From Brachyspira sp. (GTDB taxonomy: Bacteria > Spirochaetota > Brachyspiria > Brachyspirales > Brachyspiraceae), in contig NZ_JBNMIZ010000001.1 of the NCBI RefSeq assembly GCF_050873525.1, positions 1-51,024 on the forward strand: a stretch of DNA of 51,024 nt, written 5' to 3'. Under the pieces are notes generated by a model. It ran no database searches. It saw only the letters and a list, made by a program, of their open reading frames with translations, and was not told where the DNA came from. A program made the translations under genes and the position numbers. Each line of letters begins with the position of its first letter. The first letter of the stretch is position 1. Shown piece after piece: positions 27,619 through 36,911 of this stretch.

Positions 27619-29520
27619 ATGCAATACTTTATATTTAGACATGGTAAAGATATAATAGGAAAAGCTAGAAAAAATCAATATTGCTTATGCCGATATGAAT
27701 ATGGATTTCAGGAGCAAAAAAGCGTGCATAATAATTGGATTTTTTTTAAAAAAGTAAAAGTTGGAGATATAATAATTTTAAGTTCTACCACTATAAAAAA
27801 CAAAAAATATGCTTATGCTTGGGGATATGCTATAAAACCGAGATTTAAAAAGAAAATCAAAAAAATTAGCTTAAACTGTGACAATGTGATAAATACTCGA
27901 AAACATGGCGAAAAAAATGAATATCGTTCTGATAAGTATAATGGCTATATAGAATTTGAAGATTGCGAATGTTTTTATGAAAATTTAGAAGATGGGAAAA
28001 ATAGATTTGGACAAAGAATTGATATTGATGAATGGAGAGATTATAATAAAGAAGGTGTAAAATATAGAGCTTATGATAAATCATACAAATTTAATACTAT
28101 ACAAGAAATTAATGAAGAAGACGCATTAAATATAATAAGAGAATTAAAAAACGACCCAAATTTTGAATTCGAGGATAAATCTATGGAAAATTATATTGAA
28201 CTACTAAAATCAAACAAAAACCTAATCCTAACGGGAGCGCCGGGAACGGGTAAAACTCATTTGGCTAAAAATATAGCCTCTCAAATAATATTAAAAAAAG
28301 ATTATGACGAAAGCGTTAAAAATGATAATGATTTTAAAGAACAATGCGCATTTGTGCAATTCCATCCTTCTTACGATTATACTGATTTTGTGGAAGGTTT
28401 GCGTCCTAAAAATGATAATGGTAATATAGGCTTTGTAAGGAAAGACGGAGTTTTTAAAGAATTCTGTAAAAAAGCTCTTAAAAATTTAAAAGATAGTCAA
28501 AAAGATATTTCTACTTTAAATTATGACGAAATTCTAAAAAAATATTTTTTAGAATTTATAGACGATATTCAATCATCTATTGATGGAAATGAACAATATG
28601 AAATTAAAGGGCTAAAAGGTGAACCAATAGCTCCTGTTGTATATGCGGAGTTAAAAAATGATGATGTATTTTATTATAAAATTCATTCAAAACAAGGTAA
28701 CGAATATAAACAAATTGAATATTTAAATAGTTTGATAGAATGCTATAAAGATATAATTATAAAAAATCTTGATAAAATTACGTATAAAATGTTATCAAAA
28801 TATACAAACGGTTTGCCATCATCTACATACGGAATTTTGAAAGCGTTTTATGATAAATATAATGAAAAAATAGAACAAGAAAAAAATAATATAACGGTTC
28901 AAGAAGTAAAAAAGAAAGATTTTGTATTTATAATAGACGAAATAAACAGAGGCGAGATTTCAAAAATTTTCGGCGAATTATTCTTTTCGGTTGATTCTGG
29001 CTATAGAGGAGAAAAAGGAAAAGTTTTAACTCAATACGCGAATTTAATCGAGGACGGAGACGAATTTAAAGACGGTTTTTATATTCCCGAAAATGTTTAT
29101 ATAATCGGAACTATGAACGATATTGACAGAAGCGTTGAAAGTATGGATTTCGCTATGCGCAGACGATTTGCTTGGAAAGAAATTAAAGCCGAAAATACTC
29201 AAGAAACTATATTAAGCGATTTAGGAGATTTAAAATACGAAACTATAAAAAGAATGGATAATTTGAATAATGTTATTAGAGATGAAGAAACTAATTTATC
29301 CGAAGCGTATTGTATTGGGGCTGCATATTTTAAAAAGATTAAAGATTACAAAGGCGATTTTAATAAATTATGGGATAATCATTTAAATGGACTTTTATTT
29401 GAATATACGAGAGGCATGTCAAATCAAAAAGAAATAATGATAAAATTAAAAGACGCTTATAACTCAAATAGTGATAATGATACCGAAGGAGAAGAAGAGG
29501 AAATTATTGAAGAAGAATAA
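27619..29520 (+). CDS. mcrB: McrB-family AAA+ GTPase of a modification-dependent restriction system
   Basis: GAPGTGKT, QFHPSYDY.DFVEG, IIDEINRG, GTMNDIDRS (NxxD), D.AMRRRF. Confidence 0.92.
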   Translation: MQYFIFRHGKDIIGKARKNQYCLCRYEYGFQEQKSVHNNWIFFKKVKVGDIIILSSTTIKNKKYAYAWGYAIKPRFKKKIKKISLNCDNVINTRKHGEKNEYRSDKYNGYIEFEDCECFYENLEDGKNRFGQRIDIDEWRDYNKEGVKYRAYDKSYKFNTIQEINEEDALNIIRELKNDPNFEFEDKSMENYIELLKSNKNLILTGAPGTGKTHLAKNIASQIILKKDYDESVKNDNDFKEQCAFVQFHPSYDYTDFVEGLRPKNDNGNIGFVRKDGVFKEFCKKALKNLKDSQKDISTLNYDEILKKYFLEFIDDIQSSIDGNEQYEIKGLKGEPIAPVVYAELKNDDVFYYKIHSKQGNEYKQIEYLNSLIECYKDIIIKNLDKITYKMLSKYTNGLPSSTYGILKAFYDKYNEKIEQEKNNITVQEVKKKDFVFIIDEINRGEISKIFGELFFSVDSGYRGEKGKVLTQYANLIEDGDEFKDGFYIPENVYIIGTMNDIDRSVESMDFAMRRRFAWKEIKAENTQETILSDLGDLKYETIKRMDNLNNVIRDEETNLSEAYCIGAAYFKKIKDYKGDFNKLWDNHLNGLLFEYTRGMSNQKEIMIKLKDAYNSNSDNDTEGEEEEIIEEE

Positions 29521-29537
29521 ATTAATTAGGTATAATA

Positions 29538-30917
29538 ATGAAATGCATTCCGTTAATAGATAATAGAAGTCATGTGATTAAAGAATTAAAATATTTTAAA
29601 ACCGAAGAAAAAATTTCAGAAGAAGATATAAGTTCATTAGAAAAAATATCTCAAAGAACGATAAAAAATATAATAGAAAACGATAATTTATTGATATTCC
29701 CAAGCGATTTAAATAAAAGTAAAAATATTGAAGAAAATAAAGCTATTTTTAATATTTATAATAATCAATTAATAACAAATAACATAATGGGTTTTATCGG
29801 TTATAACGACACTCAAATAAAAATTACTTCAAGATTCGCTTCGGAAGATAAAGATTATTTTCTTCACTATATGCTTCAAAAAGTTTTATGTTTCAATATA
29901 TTTGATTTACAGCATTCGAGCGATAAAGACGATTCTTTTGATTTTTTAATTTATATGTTTATTCATTTTTTCCAAAAAGCGATTAGACAGGGAATTTATA
30001 AAAGCTATCAAAAAAGAGAATATAACGATGCGAATGTGAGAGGAACGATTGATATTAATCGGCATATAAAAAATAATATTCCTTTTAATGGCAAAGTCGC
30101 TTACAAAACGAGAGAATACAGCCACGATAACGATATAACTCAATTAATAAGGCATACTATAGAATATATCAATACGAAAAGTAGAGGAATTTTAAATATT
30201 GCAAAAGAAGAAGTAAAAAGTTCGATTTCGCAAATTATTGAAGCCACGCCAAGATACGATAAAAATAAAAGACAAAATATAATAAATAAAAATTTGAAAA
30301 AATTAAATCATCCATATTTTTACGAATACGAACCTTTAAGAAAGATATGCGTTCAAATATTAAGGCATGAAGAAATAAAATACGGACGCGAAGAAGATAA
30401 AATTTACGGCATTTTATTTGACGGCGCTTATCTTTGGGAAGAATATATTTGGACTATATTAAAAGATTTGAATTTTAAACATCCGAGAAATAAAGAACAA
30501 GCGGGCGGAATTAATTTGCTAGACAATAAATGGAGCGTCTATCCCGATTTTTATAATTATGATAAAAAAATAGTTTTGGATACAAAATATAAAATGTTAA
30601 ATAAAGATAACGATAAAATTGACGGAAGCGATAAACATCAAATAATATCTTATGTCTACACTTTGGGCGCTAAAAAAGGCGGTTTCGTTTATCCTTCGGA
30701 AGATAAAAAATTCTGTTTTGATAATATAGGAATTTTGAATAGAGAATATAATAAAAATATATTGGAAGATTATAATCCTTCGATTTTCAAATACGCATTC
30801 TTAATACAAAATAAAAAATCAAACGAAGAAAATTTTGAAAATATTAACGATTTTAAAATAGAAATAGAAAAATCAGAAAATGATTTTAAAGAAAAAATTG
30901 AAAAAGAATTTAAATAA
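29538..30917 (+). CDS. mcrC: McrC-family endonuclease subunit
   Basis: Follows mcrB; GILFD...LWEEY, YPDF....IVLDTKYK, D..QI.SY. Confidence 0.9.
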   Translation: MKCIPLIDNRSHVIKELKYFKTEEKISEEDISSLEKISQRTIKNIIENDNLLIFPSDLNKSKNIEENKAIFNIYNNQLITNNIMGFIGYNDTQIKITSRFASEDKDYFLHYMLQKVLCFNIFDLQHSSDKDDSFDFLIYMFIHFFQKAIRQGIYKSYQKREYNDANVRGTIDINRHIKNNIPFNGKVAYKTREYSHDNDITQLIRHTIEYINTKSRGILNIAKEEVKSSISQIIEATPRYDKNKRQNIINKNLKKLNHPYFYEYEPLRKICVQILRHEEIKYGREEDKIYGILFDGAYLWEEYIWTILKDLNFKHPRNKEQAGGINLLDNKWSVYPDFYNYDKKIVLDTKYKMLNKDNDKIDGSDKHQIISYVYTLGAKKGGFVYPSEDKKFCFDNIGILNREYNKNILEDYNPSIFKYAFLIQNKKSNEENFENINDFKIEIEKSENDFKEKIEKEFK

Positions 30918-30989
30918 TTTGTCTTTTAAATATTTTTAATCTATGATATAATAAAACGACAAAATATTAAAAAATAAACGGAGAAAATA

Positions 30990-31805
30990 ATGCTCGGAGC
31001 GATAATAGGAGATATTGTAGGTTCTATCTACGAATTCAATAATATAAAAACTAAAGAATTCGATTTCTTTTCGGATGAAATGTTTTTCACGGACGATACG
31101 GTTATGACGATTGCGATTGCGGATGCCATAATTAACGGCGGAAAACATGATGATTTTATATGGTTTATGAAGAAATGGGGGAACGATTATATTGATAAAA
31201 GTTATGGAAGTTCTTTTAGAAAATGGCTCGAATCCGAAAATTCCGAACCTTATAACAGCTGGGGAAACGGCTCGGCAATGAGAGTATCTCCATGCGGCTG
31301 GGTTGCAAAATTAGATATTCCGTTTGAAGATGGAATTAAATGGACGGAAGATTTGGCGAAAACATCCGCCGAAGTTACGCATAATCATCTCGAAGGAATA
31401 AAAGGCGCTCAGGCTACCGCGGTCGCGATATACTGCATGAGAGTCGGAAGAGCTAAAAATGCCGTAAACGAATATAAATACATTCTTAAAAGCGAAATGG
31501 AAAAAAGATATAGATATAATTCTAACTTTCCTTTGAGTCAAATTCGCCCTACTTATACTTTTAACGAAAGTTGTCAGGGAACGGTCCCGCAGGCTATAGC
31601 TTGTTTTTTGGAGGGCAGAGATTTTGAAGATGCTATAAGAAACGCTATTTCAATCGGAGGCGACAGCGATACTCTTGCGGCGATTACGGGAAGCATAGCC
31701 GAAGCCGCTTATGGAATTCCAAAAGACATAAAAGAAAAAGCTTTTAATTATCTTAATGAACCTATAAAAGAATTATACGAAAGATGGATTAATTTTATTA
31801 AATAA
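30990..31805 (+). CDS. ADP-ribosylglycohydrolase family protein
   Basis: GAIIGD..G, TDDT, GNGSAMR, THNH, GGDSDT.AAI.G. Confidence 0.92.
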   Translation: MLGAIIGDIVGSIYEFNNIKTKEFDFFSDEMFFTDDTVMTIAIADAIINGGKHDDFIWFMKKWGNDYIDKSYGSSFRKWLESENSEPYNSWGNGSAMRVSPCGWVAKLDIPFEDGIKWTEDLAKTSAEVTHNHLEGIKGAQATAVAIYCMRVGRAKNAVNEYKYILKSEMEKRYRYNSNFPLSQIRPTYTFNESCQGTVPQAIACFLEGRDFEDAIRNAISIGGDSDTLAAITGSIAEAAYGIPKDIKEKAFNYLNEPIKELYERWINFIK

Positions 31806-31811
31806 TAATTA

Positions 31812-32888
31812 TTAATCGTCTAAAAAATTCTTTATATATTTCGCCTGTTCTTCGTTTTTTATCAAAAAAGCGTCATGCCCGTAATTTGATTTTATCTCAT
31901 GAAATTCGGTTTCTATATTGGAATTATTATAAGCGTCTACAATATCCGCCGACTGCGAACTCGGATAAAGCCAGTCGGAAACGAAAGATATTATAAGAAC
32001 TTTATTAAGCAAAATATTTTTTTTAGTTTTTATTTTTTTAATTTCATCTCGCACATCGAAAAAATCCATAGCTTTAGTGAGATAAAGAAAACTATTCGCG
32101 TCAAATCTTGAAGTAAATTTTTCTCCGTTATAATGCAAATAATTTTCGACTTCAAAAGAAGGCGTAAAATATTTTAAAGATTTTTTTCTCTTTCTTCCAA
32201 ATTTTTCTCTCATATATTCTTCGCTCATATAAGTTATATGTCCGAGCATTCGCGCCAAAGCGAGTCCTTTATCGGGAGAGGAAATTCCGTAATATTTTCC
32301 GCCATACCATTCGTTGTCTTCCGTTATCGCTTGACGGGCTATTTCGTTTAAGGCTATTTGCATAGGAGAATGCGTCATCGAGCTTGCGATTATTATTGCC
32401 TTTTTAATTGTATCGGGATAAGTAGCTGTCCATTGAAGAGCCTGCATTCCTCCCATAGAACCTCCGACTACGCAATATAATTTTTTTATTCCCAAATAAT
32501 CTATAAGAATTTTCTGCGCCCTTACAATATCTTTAATCGTAAAAGTTGGAAAGTCCGTTCCGTAATAAGAATTGCCTTTCGCTTTTTTTGAAGAAGGTCC
32601 CGTAGTTCCCGAGCATCCTCCCAGAACATTCGAGCAAATAACGAAATATTTATTTATATCAATCGCTTTATTTTTTCCGACAAAATTGCTCCACCATAGC
32701 ATAACATTCGAGTCGCCCGTAAAAGCATGACAAACTAAAATCGCGTTATCTTTATTTAGATTCAATCTGCCGTTAATTGTGTAGGCTATAGTCAAATTTT
32801 CTATAGTCTCTCCGTTTTCAAATTTGAAAGTTTTATTCGTTTCAAAATATTTAACTTCCGATATTTTATTTTTTATTTTCATTTTCAT
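31812..32888 (-). CDS. metX: Homoserine O-acetyltransferase (start revised to 32888)
   Basis: CHAFTG, NVLGGC.G.TGP, GGSMGGMQ, RFDANS, GHDAFL; GGGAG RBS before ATG 32888. The longer ORF-track start runs through the attenuator. Confidence 0.92.
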   Translation of the reverse strand: MKMKIKNKISEVKYFETNKTFKFENGETIENLTIAYTINGRLNLNKDNAILVCHAFTGDSNVMLWWSNFVGKNKAIDINKYFVICSNVLGGCSGTTGPSSKKAKGNSYYGTDFPTFTIKDIVRAQKILIDYLGIKKLYCVVGGSMGGMQALQWTATYPDTIKKAIIIASSMTHSPMQIALNEIARQAITEDNEWYGGKYYGISSPDKGLALARMLGHITYMSEEYMREKFGRKRKKSLKYFTPSFEVENYLHYNGEKFTSRFDANSFLYLTKAMDFFDVRDEIKKIKTKKNILLNKVLIISFVSDWLYPSSQSADIVDAYNNSNIETEFHEIKSNYGHDAFLIKNEEQAKYIKNFLDD

Positions 32889-32916
32889 TGGCAAAACTCC
32901 CATAATCAAATTTTTA

Positions 32917-32950
32917 AAATAAAAAAGCCGCCAAAAAAATTTTGACGGCT
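32917..32950 (-). terminator. Attenuator terminator in the metX leader
   Basis: AGCCGUCAAAA-UUU-UUUUGGCGGCU followed by UUUUUAUUUU, about 30 nt before the metX ATG. Confidence 0.8.
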
Positions 32951-32969
32951 GGAGACAAAAAAACAAAAT

Positions 32970-33047
32970 CTATACTATACAGCCGTCCGTAAATCGCATT
33001 TGCATCATAGAAAAATGATTAGTATTTACGAAAGCCGTTTTTTGCAA
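32970..33047 (-). CDS. Putative Met-rich leader peptide (MQKTAFVNTNHFSMMQMRFTDGCIV)
   Basis: GAGG RBS 8 nt before TTG 33047; ATG-ATG-CAA-ATG at 33008-32997; overlaps the antiterminator arm GACGGCTG. Confidence 0.7.
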   Translation of the reverse strand: MQKTAFVNTNHFSMMQMRFTDGCIV

Positions 33048-33099
33048 TTTATTTTCCTCTTTTAAAAATTTTTTATTTAATTAATTTTTAATTGAACAA

Positions 33100-33128
33100 A
33101 TTATAAACTAAAATAAAATTATTGTCAA
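33100..33128 (-). promoter_or_regulatory. metX leader promoter TTGACA-N17-TATAAT
   Basis: tgtcaa at 33123-33128 and attata at 33100-33105. Confidence 0.75.
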
Positions 33129-33227
33129 TAGGGATATATTAATCAATTTTATATATTGACAAATTTTTTATTATAATGTAAATTCAAATTAAATATAAAT
33201 AAAAAATATTGAAAGAAGAGTGCTATA

Positions 33228-33383
33228 ATGAAAAAATTAATAGTTACAATAATACTAATAACGATAGCAATAATATGCTACAAAGAGTATGTAAGAAGAC
33301 AATCAATAGGCTATAAAGTGCAAGAAGCATTTAAAGAATTAGTAAAGGAGATAAATGATGAAACGAACTTATCAGCCAAGTAA
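33228..33383 (+). CDS. Putative 51-aa small membrane/exported protein overlapping the rpmH start
   Basis: [51 protein letters not shown]; basic N-terminus plus hydrophobic helix; purine-rich upstream. Confidence 0.5.
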   Translation: MKKLIVTIILITIAIICYKEYVRRQSIGYKVQEAFKELVKEINDETNLSAK

Positions 33384-33501
33384 GTTACGCCGAGCGAGGA
33401 AATTTGGTTTTTTTAAACGAATGGCTACGAAGCATGGACGAGATATTTTAAAACGAAGAAGAAGAAAAGGCAGATATAGATTGACGGCGGCGGACGAATA
33501 A
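33358..33501 (+). CDS. rpmH: 50S ribosomal protein L34
   Basis: Manual translation [56 protein letters not shown]; too short for the ORF track. Confidence 0.97.
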   Translation: MKRTYQPSKLRRARKFGFFKRMATKHGRDILKRRRRKGRYRLTAADE

Positions 33502-33571
33502 TTTAAGCGAGCAATAAATTTATTTGCGGATGTTTTTGGAAATTTTGTTAATAATCGGAAATATTTGAGTT

Positions 33572-33913
33572 TTGGCAAAAATATATTTTAAAGAAAGACT
33601 TAAAAAGAGAAACGATATAATCGCTTTTTTTGAAAATAGAGCCGATTTAATAAAATCAATTAATTACTTCTATACGATATTGGGATTAAAAAATAATCGT
33701 TCCTATTCGAGATTCGCCGTTAGTATGAAGAGAAATAAATCGAACGCGGTAATCCGAAACAGAGAAAAAAGAATCGTTCGAGAAATATACAGAACGGAAA
33801 AAAGCAGAATTCCAGCGGGCTACGATTATTTTATTATAGTAAAGAAAAAAAACAGCCGTTCGTTTGAAGATTGCAAAAAGGATTTATTAGAATTGTTTAA
33901 GAAATTTGAATGA
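33572..33913 (+). CDS. rnpA: Ribonuclease P protein component
   Basis: AVIRNREKRIVREIYR (RNR motif); synteny with rpmH and yidC. Confidence 0.92.
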   Translation: MAKIYFKERLKKRNDIIAFFENRADLIKSINYFYTILGLKNNRSYSRFAVSMKRNKSNAVIRNREKRIVREIYRTEKSRIPAGYDYFIIVKKKNSRSFEDCKKDLLELFKKFE

Positions 33914-34143
33914 GGTTTAAAAGATTTAAAATGTTTAAAAAAGTAATTTTATTTTTAATTTTTTTATATCAAAAATCAATATCGCCTTATTTGAAGCCTT
34001 GTTGCAGATATATTCCTTCATGTTCCGAATATGCGAAACAGTCGGTTATAAAATACGGAGCTTTTAAGGGAAGTTTTCTTGCGATATTGAGAGTGATTAG
34101 ATGCAATCCTTTGGCGAAAAAAATATACGACCCAGTTCCTTGA
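33910..34143 (+). CDS. yidD: Membrane protein insertion efficiency factor YidD
   Basis: YQ..ISP....CRY.PSCSEYA, R..RCNP, YDPVP; start may be 33931. Confidence 0.93.
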   Translation: MRFKRFKMFKKVILFLIFLYQKSISPYLKPCCRYIPSCSEYAKQSVIKYGAFKGSFLAILRVIRCNPLAKKIYDPVP

Positions 34144-34194
34144 TTTTAGTTTGGATTTAAGATTATTGAATATTAGGAGATTAAGTAAAGATTT

Positions 34195-36102
34195 ATGAGC
34201 GATGGAAAAAGAATGGCTATAGCGATTGGGCTTTCCGCTATTATATTATTTATATATATGTTTTATCAATCGAGATTTATGAGAACGACTCCAGCCTCTC
34301 AAAATGTTGATACGAATACAAATATTGCATTGAATCAAACTAACGATAACGAAGAAAATATAAATAACATTTTAAATACTTCGGGGATGCAAAAAATAGA
34401 TAAAACAGACAATAGCGAAACCAACTTAAATAACGAAATTCAAATTTTAGAAAACGAATATGTTATAGCGAAATTAAGAAACGGAACTTTATATTCCTAC
34501 GAATTAAAAAATTATTATAAACAGGATATTCCGAAAAACGCGACAAACGAAATAGTCGATATGGTTGGGCAGGTTTATAACGGAATTTATCCTTTTACTT
34601 TAACTTTTCAAAATCTTTCAAATTCAATAGCCGTCCAAGAAAATTTAAATTATAATATAATCGAAACTAATAACGAAACTATAAATTTTATTGCAGAAGC
34701 GGTTATAGAAAATGTTCCCGTTAGAATAAAGAAAAGTTTTGCATTTGGCGAAGACCCTTATCAATTAAAAAACAGCGTGACTATAGAAAATATCGGCGAT
34801 AAAAATTTGTCAATGTATTATTCTTACTTTTTAGGAACGGGAATCGGACCTTACAGAACGGATAGAAATTCCGTGCGGGAAGATTCTACAAGGGCGCAAT
34901 ATCTTATAAGAGGAAACGGAAAATCAAGAATTTTGCTTACGGGCGATATAGCGAAAGAAAATATAATTTCAAGATTATTCGGTTCGAGAGGTTCTAAAAC
35001 CAACGCTATGAGATATAATATTTACGAAGGAGAAGATAAATGGGTTGCCTTAAATAACAGATATTTTGCGATTATATCTAGTCCTCCTCAATCGAACGCA
35101 ATTTTTGAAACGATGACTTTTTCTCGTCCCGCAACAAACGAATACAGAAACGATTTTCATTTGGCAAATTTGCTCACGAAGCATAATATTAACGCAGGAA
35201 GTTCTATTACCGATAATTACTCGGTTTATATGGGACCAAAAGTGAGAGGTTTATTTGCGAAATATTATCTTGAAGAATCCTACGAATCTATTTTTCAGGA
35301 ATCTTTTTTGGGACTTAATTTAAGACCTTTGACATATATTTTGGATATAATGCTAAACGGTTTATACAACATTACTAAAAATTACGCTTGGGCGATAATA
35401 TTATTTACGCTTTTATTCAAAATAATAACCTATCCGTTAAATCATGCTTCTTATAAATCGATGAGAAGAATGCAGCTTGTTAATCCTAAAATAGAAAGAA
35501 TAAGAGAGCAGTATAAAGATAATCCCGAAAAATTGAACGCGGAGATTATGGCGATATATAAAAAAGAAAAAATTAATCCATTGGGCGGATGTTTGCCTAT
35601 GCTTTTGCCTTTTCCTCTTCTTATAGCTTTTTTCTATTTGATGCAGTCGATGGTAGAATTAAGAAACACGCCTTTTTTATGGATAACGGATTTGTCTTCG
35701 CCAGATAAATTATTCGTATTTCCTGCGGGAGTTCCGATTTTAGGAGGACTTAATTTTAATTTATTTCCGATACTCATGGCAATAACGAGTTATTTAAGCA
35801 TGAAACTTCAGCCTTCTTCAAGCGCGGGAAGTTCGGGTTCGGCAGCGACTCAAATGAAAATGATGACAACGATATTTCCTCTTATGATGCTTGTTCTGTT
35901 TTATAATTTTGCAAGCGGACTCGCATTATATTGGACGGCGCAAAATGTATTCGGAGTAGCGCAGCAGTTTATAACGGCAAAGTTATTAAATAAAAACGAA
36001 GATAATAATATTGAAGAAGAAAGTAAATCTGGAAAAACAAAAAAGAAAGATAAAAATTTTAAAAATATAAATAAAAAAGCTAATAATAAAAAAAGAAAAT
36101 AA
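34195..36102 (+). CDS. yidC: Membrane protein insertase YidC
   Basis: Y.GPK, WAIILFT...K...YPL, NPLGGCLP, FLWITDLS.PD, GLALYW. Confidence 0.96.
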   Translation: MSDGKRMAIAIGLSAIILFIYMFYQSRFMRTTPASQNVDTNTNIALNQTNDNEENINNILNTSGMQKIDKTDNSETNLNNEIQILENEYVIAKLRNGTLYSYELKNYYKQDIPKNATNEIVDMVGQVYNGIYPFTLTFQNLSNSIAVQENLNYNIIETNNETINFIAEAVIENVPVRIKKSFAFGEDPYQLKNSVTIENIGDKNLSMYYSYFLGTGIGPYRTDRNSVREDSTRAQYLIRGNGKSRILLTGDIAKENIISRLFGSRGSKTNAMRYNIYEGEDKWVALNNRYFAIISSPPQSNAIFETMTFSRPATNEYRNDFHLANLLTKHNINAGSSITDNYSVYMGPKVRGLFAKYYLEESYESIFQESFLGLNLRPLTYILDIMLNGLYNITKNYAWAIILFTLLFKIITYPLNHASYKSMRRMQLVNPKIERIREQYKDNPEKLNAEIMAIYKKEKINPLGGCLPMLLPFPLLIAFFYLMQSMVELRNTPFLWITDLSSPDKLFVFPAGVPILGGLNFNLFPILMAITSYLSMKLQPSSSAGSSGSAATQMKMMTTIFPLMMLVLFYNFASGLALYWTAQNVFGVAQQFITAKLLNKNEDNNIEEESKSGKTKKKDKNFKNINKKANNKKRK

Positions 36103-36129
36103 AATTAAATTATTTATAGGAGGGCAAAA

Positions 36130-36843
36130 ATGTTAGTAAAAGAATTTAGCGGAAAATCGGAAAAAGACGCTATAAGCAAAGCGCTCGAAGAGTTAAATTT
36201 GACGGAAGAACAAGTTAGAATCGAGGTTGTGGAAAAAGGCAAACGAAATTTATTCGGAATAGGCGAGGAAACTCCGACAGTTATCAGAGTTTATTATGAA
36301 GAAATATCGGAAAGTCTTGGAGAGTTCAAATCTATAGTTGCGGACATATTGAAGTATATGGGAATAACAGCCGAAGTCACAGCGAAAGAAGAAAGTGGAA
36401 GCAGAATATATATAAATGTTTCTACGGAAGATTCGGGCGTTCTCATAGGGAAAAAGGGAGCGACTTTAGAGGCTTTACAGTTTTTGGTTTCTTTAATCGT
36501 CTCTAAAAATTTCGGCGAAGATAACGAAAGACATGTAATATTGGATGTCGATGGATACAGAGAGAGAAGAGAGGAAACTTTAAAACATATGGCGCGTCAA
36601 GCGGCTCAGCAGGCAAAAAGGACTAGGAGAGCGGTTGTGTTAGAGCCTATGTCTCCTTATGAAAGAAGAATAATCCATTTAGAACTTCAAAACGATAAAG
36701 ATGTCGAAACGAAAAGCGATGGCGAGCCTCCATATAGAAGAGTAAAAGTATTTTCTAAAAACGGCGGATACAATAACAGAAGATATAATAACAATAATAA
36801 TCGAAACAGAAATTCGTATAAACCGTATTATAGAAATAAGTAA
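36130..36843 (+). CDS. jag: Jag/EloR (KhpB) KH-R3H RNA-binding protein
   Basis: Jag_N domain, LIGKKG.TL.ALQ, LEPMSPYERRIIH, S.GE.PYR.V. Confidence 0.93.
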   Translation: MLVKEFSGKSEKDAISKALEELNLTEEQVRIEVVEKGKRNLFGIGEETPTVIRVYYEEISESLGEFKSIVADILKYMGITAEVTAKEESGSRIYINVSTEDSGVLIGKKGATLEALQFLVSLIVSKNFGEDNERHVILDVDGYRERREETLKHMARQAAQQAKRTRRAVVLEPMSPYERRIIHLELQNDKDVETKSDGEPPYRRVKVFSKNGGYNNRRYNNNNNRNRNSYKPYYRNK

Positions 36844-36862
36844 ATTATTATTTTTCATAAAG

Positions 36863-36911
36863 CCCGTAATATTTTAATTTGATTAAAAAATAAAATTAAA
36901 TTTATTACGGG
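36863..36911. terminator. Long inverted repeat between convergent jag and serB, probable bidirectional terminator
   Basis: CCCGTAATA.TTTAATTT ... AAATTAAA.TTATTACGGG. Confidence 0.55.

Noticed and set aside
32889..32966. N-terminal extension of MetX in the ORF track (MFFCLQPSKFFWRLF...)
   Set aside because: It runs through the terminator hairpin and lacks an RBS; ATG 32888 has GGGAG.
32917..33060. SAM riboswitch or T-box upstream of metX
   Set aside because: No SAM-I core (AUC...GAG, GCAACC, GUGC) or T-box (GGUGGUACCGCG) sequence seen; the leader-peptide model fits better.
33060..33230. AT-rich divergent region upstream of rpmH as a possible oriC
   Set aside because: No dnaA adjacent and no TTATCCACA-type boxes seen; explained by back-to-back promoters.
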